Part shown: positions 59,924 through 64,000 of the stretch, one piece after another
Layout: every line of letters starts with the position of its first letter
Numbering within the stretch: position 1 is the first letter of the stretch
Assembly (NCBI RefSeq): GCF_021028975.2
Contig: NC_059439.1
Coordinates: 23,126,001 to 23,190,000, forward strand
Direction of reading: 5' to 3'
DNA: 64,000 nt
From: Sphaerodactylus townsendi
Lineage: Eukaryota
Position numbers and translations under genes: made by a program
Notes under the pieces: generated by a model
The model's database searches: none
Seen by the model: only the letters and a program-made list of their open reading frames with translations
Told to the model about the DNA's origin: nothing

Positions 59924-60128
59924 GTGCTGTGTGGTTTCCGGGCTGTATGACCGTGTTCTAGCAGCATTCTCTCCTGACATTTTGCCTGCATCTGTGGCTG
60001 GCATCTTCAGAGAATCTGCCAGCCACAGATGCAGACGAAATGTCAGGAGAGAATGCTACTAGAACATGGCCATACAGCCTGGAAACCACACAGCACCCCA
60101 GTGATTCCGGCCGTGAAAGCCTTCGACA
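59924..60128. mobile_element. Penelope-like inverted pseudo-LTR insertion 3' of OR-8
   Basis: 16-bp TSD ATAAATTGTCATTATG (59908-59923, 60129-60144); same family as 58292-58520 in opposite polarity; hammerhead core decayed. Confidence 0.85.
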
Positions 60129-60493
60129 ATAAATTGTCATTATGTTTCAGCTGCCTTAGGTGACCCCATAGGGTTTTTAAGGGTTAGGGTTTGAAGAGAC
60201 ATTCAAAGGCAACTTGCTGTTGCTTGCCACTATGTCATACCTTTGGTATTTTTTGGAGGTCCCCCATCCAAATACTTGTCAGGTTTGAGATGGAAAGTGT
60301 GTGACTTGCCCAAAATTATCCAGCAAGTTTCCGTGGCAGGCTGGGGATTCAAATATTAGATAGGATTAGTGATAAATATTTTGAAAGGGTAATAATGGGG
60401 TTCCTGCCCTTTGTAAAGCCTTTGAGTCAAGTCCCAAACTCTGGATCCAACTTGAAATGCTGATTATCTCCAAACCACCTCCCATCCCTCCTT

Positions 60494-60793
60494 GAGAGCC
60501 AGCATGGTGTAGTGGTTAAGAGTAGGTGGATTCTAATCTGGAGAACCCGGTTTGATTCCCCACTCCTCCACCTGAGTGGCAGAGGCTCATCTGGTGAATC
60601 AGATGTGTTTCCGCACTCCTAAATTCCTACTGGGTGACTTTGGGCTAGTCACAGTCTTTCAGAATTCACCCAGCCCCACCTACCTCACAAGGTGTCTGTT
60701 GTGGGGGGGGAGGGGAAAGGAGCTTAGAAGCCACCTTGAGTCTCCTTACACGAGAGAAAGGTGGGATGTAAATTTAAACTCTTCATCTTCTTC
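60494..60793 (+). mobile_element. Squam3-like SINE, full length
   Basis: GAGAGCCAGCATGGTGTAGTGGTTAAGAG..GGTTTGATTCCCC..(CTT)n. Confidence 0.8.
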
Positions 60794-62719
60794 TTGGCAA
60801 GCTGAAACAGTCACAAGAATAACAATAAGCAGGAAACATTTGTTAGACATCTGATGTGCCCTTTGGAACCATTTTTCTTGTGAAGACAAATCTTATCTTC
60901 CCAAGTGAAAATCATACTATTTGGAATTATTCTGCCTATTTCGTCCATTTGTAAGTCAAAGAAATAATCAAATATCATAATCATGGGAGGGAACAATGGA
61001 GACAGAAGATAAAATATGCCATTTCAAAAAAGATGGGAGACAGGACTCATTTCTTCCTTCTGGAGTTTATACCCCAACCTTTTTCAAAGGCAGATTTTTG
61101 CTGAGGGCAGTGGAGGTTTGAATTTCAGAGTTTAGGAAAGATGAATTTTGGAACTTTTTTTTAGCATCTTTATCAAGAGCTCTTAAACCCCTAAGGATTT
61201 TTCAAAACTTCAAAAATATTAGTAGGGGCAAAAAAAACTGGGGTGGAGAGAGTGTTCTCTTCAGTAGATTCATCCTGATGGATAAAATTCTTTTGTTAGA
61301 GATGTACAAACCTACCACCTTCAAATAATTTTTCTAATATCAAAAATTGTATGGCTTTTTCCCCAAAGAAATTCCTGCTGAATCTTACTTGTCATGATTG
61401 TTGGTGGTGAACCTAGTCAGTTAAACTTTGCCTGTAATGATGATGTGGGTTTTTTTTTTCTTTCACAGTTCCTCCCAGATGTTTTGTATGATCTGATGGG
61501 TTTATTCTACCAAACATATATTATGTACATAATTTAAACTGGAAGAGTTGTCTCAAACTCACGTACAATGTGAAGAAGATGTACTTGAAAACTAATGTTT
61601 GGAAGGTGTATAAAGATGAGGTATAAAGCTCAGGATGTTATTCCAGAAATCCATCACCAGTTTACCATATCAATGCTTCTGTTGCTATCTTTGCTACTGT
61701 ATGTATCAATTGTGGAAACTCTGATATACAGTTCTATGGGTGTGGGAAGGAGATGATTGAACAGAACACATGTAGCTCAGGGTACATTTCCTTCCTTTCC
61801 CGAGCCTTACCCAAACTCTCCGAACCCCTCTATATTTCCCCTCTGCTCATCTCAATCCTGTTGAATAAATGTGATCTGGGATTTTCAACCTTGGTACTTA
61901 ATTCCTAGGCATGTGATTAAGCAACAGATAGTCTTTAGTCTTCTTCCATGTATTGCTTTTCCCATTGGAAAGAATGGTTTTGATTAGTCACTGGATGTTC
62001 CATGAGAGAAGTTTATGTGACACCTGTAGGTACACATTTGTTTCTTCATTGGCAGACATTGGCTCCCAAAAATTGTTTCGGGTCTCAGAAATGGAGCAAA
62101 AGAGACACTTAATTGCCCAGTATGATACAGTTCCAGTCCAAATTACATGTGAGAATTATAGTTCAAAAATGAAAGTTCCAGAGCATAATATCTGCTTTTG
62201 TGGAGAACACCTACAAAATGTAGTTAATGCTAACTGGAGAAAGAGCTGGCTGCCAAAAGTTGAAGCAAGAATACTTAGGATGGCCATCCTTCAGATGAAA
62301 CCTGGAAATTTCCCAGAATTATAACTGATTCTCAGGCTACAGGGATCAGTTCCGATGGAGAAAATGGCTTCTGGGATTGGGGGTGGGAGGCAGGATCAAT
62401 ACCTGGACAGTATTGGCATCTTCTAATATTTTCTTAATTTTGGATACCCACATGCATGCACTGTGGAGAAGATCACCTTTTACTTACATTTTCATAGATT
62501 GTATATTACTTATTTTTTGTATGTAAATGTCACCAATGGACACAATAAAGAAAAAAACAACAACATTCTGAACTCTCTTTTTTGCATTCCTATTTTTTGT
62601 GAATTTCTACTTGTCTATATACTAATAATCAAGAAAGGCTCTTCAGGGGAAAGAAGTGACAAATGACCTCTATTTCTCACTTGTCTTGAAAGCCCCATCC
62701 TGCAGATATGAGAAGCGAC

Positions 62720-62965
62720 AAGTTTGAATTAATTTCCCACCTTTCTTTCCTGTAAAGTTTCAAATTGGCTTACAAACTCCTTCTCTTTCATGCCTCACAA
62801 CAGACACTTGTGAGGAAGGTGGGGCTGAGAAAGTTCTGGGAGAACTGTGACTAGCTAAGGAAGAGCAGGAAACCACCAGTTCATTAAATAAGAGTCCACC
62901 ACACATGTGGAGGAGTGGGGACTCAAACCTGGTTCCCCAGATTGGAGACCAGGATTGTTAACTAT
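62720..62965 (-). mobile_element. Squam3-like SINE, degenerate
   Basis: GGTGGGGCTGAGAAAGTTCTG..GGAGGAGTGGGGACTCAAACCTGGTTC; ends approximate. Confidence 0.6.
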
Positions 62966-64000
62966 TTCAACTGACTCTCACTAACAACATTTTGTCAATT
63001 GTCTGATAAAGGATTGTAATATTTTAGGAATCCACAGTGGTCTTATTAATCTAATTTACCTGTTTTGGGCCCTTGGTCTTCTGCAGACAAAACCTTGTGG
63101 GCTTTTTCTATTAATCTGACAACTGATACTCCCTATCGTTATCATTTCAGAGATCAGCATCGGTTGGATATGTTTCATGCATATGTGATTGAAGCCTTTA
63201 ATTGAATTACACCCACATGTTCAGTTGTCTTCTTTCAATTAACTACTTGAGATTTGGAAAGGTTTTTGTTATTTCAGCACACTGTCACATGCAAACAAAG
63301 CTACTGAGCCCAAAGATTCTTTTGGTAACAAGCAACAAGTTCAATTTAATTGTCCAAAAGAACCAAAACATAGAGGTCAGTGGCATAGATTATACATTAA
63401 GGGAACAAAAGAACTTTCAACTAGAAAGTGGGATCAGATTTGACCCCCAGAAGTGGGAGGTTTTTGGGGGGTGGGGTGGGGGGATGTTACAATGTTGTTT
63501 TCAGTCTTCTCCAATTCAGTACTTGCATATAGCCCCAGCTTAGGCATATGTCTCTCCTGATAGATACAAGCTGTCATGTGTGAAAGGTGAGATAAAAATA
63601 AACATAATTTTTCAATTTACATATTATTGTTCCCAGAAATGATAATGATGGAAAAGCAACAAAACATCATCACAAATAGTGAGATGTTTGTCCCATTTCT
63701 TTTTAAGTCTCTGCTGTGACTCACTGGTGCTGCAGAGAAAATAAAAGAAAGAATGGCTTGCATCAGGACTGGAGTGTCTACCTCCAGGATACTGGGGGCG
63801 CCCAGCAGAGCCTACCAAGGAAAGCCCTCCTTCATCCCTTTCCCCTCTTTCTTCTCTTTTTTCCCATTTTGCATCCCCCCCTTTCTACCTTTTCCATACT
63901 TTCCTCCCCCCTAACCCTGTCTTATGCCTACCCATTAACACCTTGTGGCTCCTCATGCTGATTATTCATGATTTCTCTGATCTGGAAATGACAATATCAT

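Noticed and set aside
59970-60050. Second hammerhead ribozyme
   Set aside because: The minus-strand copy has GAAA mutated to AAAA and the plus-strand copy lacks CUGAAGA
60494-60570. tRNA gene
   Set aside because: A/B boxes belong to a SINE head; no cloverleaf evident

Overview
Vertebrate genomic DNA, very likely from a squamate and probably a gecko, judged from Squam3-type and 5S-Sauria-type SINEs and reptile Penelope repeats. The window is a chemoreceptor locus. It holds the first four coding exons of a minus-strand vomeronasal type-2 receptor (V2R) gene, with the 3' exons presumably off the left edge. Head-to-head with it is a plus-strand cluster of eight intact single-coding-exon class II olfactory receptors of the OR12D-like group, plus two 3' OR pseudogene fragments. 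Three of the ORs arose from a ~5.8 kb tandem triplication (36.6-54.1 kb) whose middle copy looks like an unequal-crossover chimera. Intergenic DNA is dense with TEs: a 5 kb nest of RTE-X-like LINEs with resolvable TSDs, 13 PIF/Harbinger-type MITEs of three families, hAT and Tc2/pogo MITEs, L2 3' ends, SINEs and a solo LTR. There are also two inverted Penelope insertions flanking the last OR, one retaining an intact minimal hammerhead ribozyme core, and an unclassified TSD-less repeat present three times. There is one 275-N assembly gap. I found no convincing new protein-coding system; the most interesting signals are structural and regulatory. Family assignments are from recalled motifs, not database searches.
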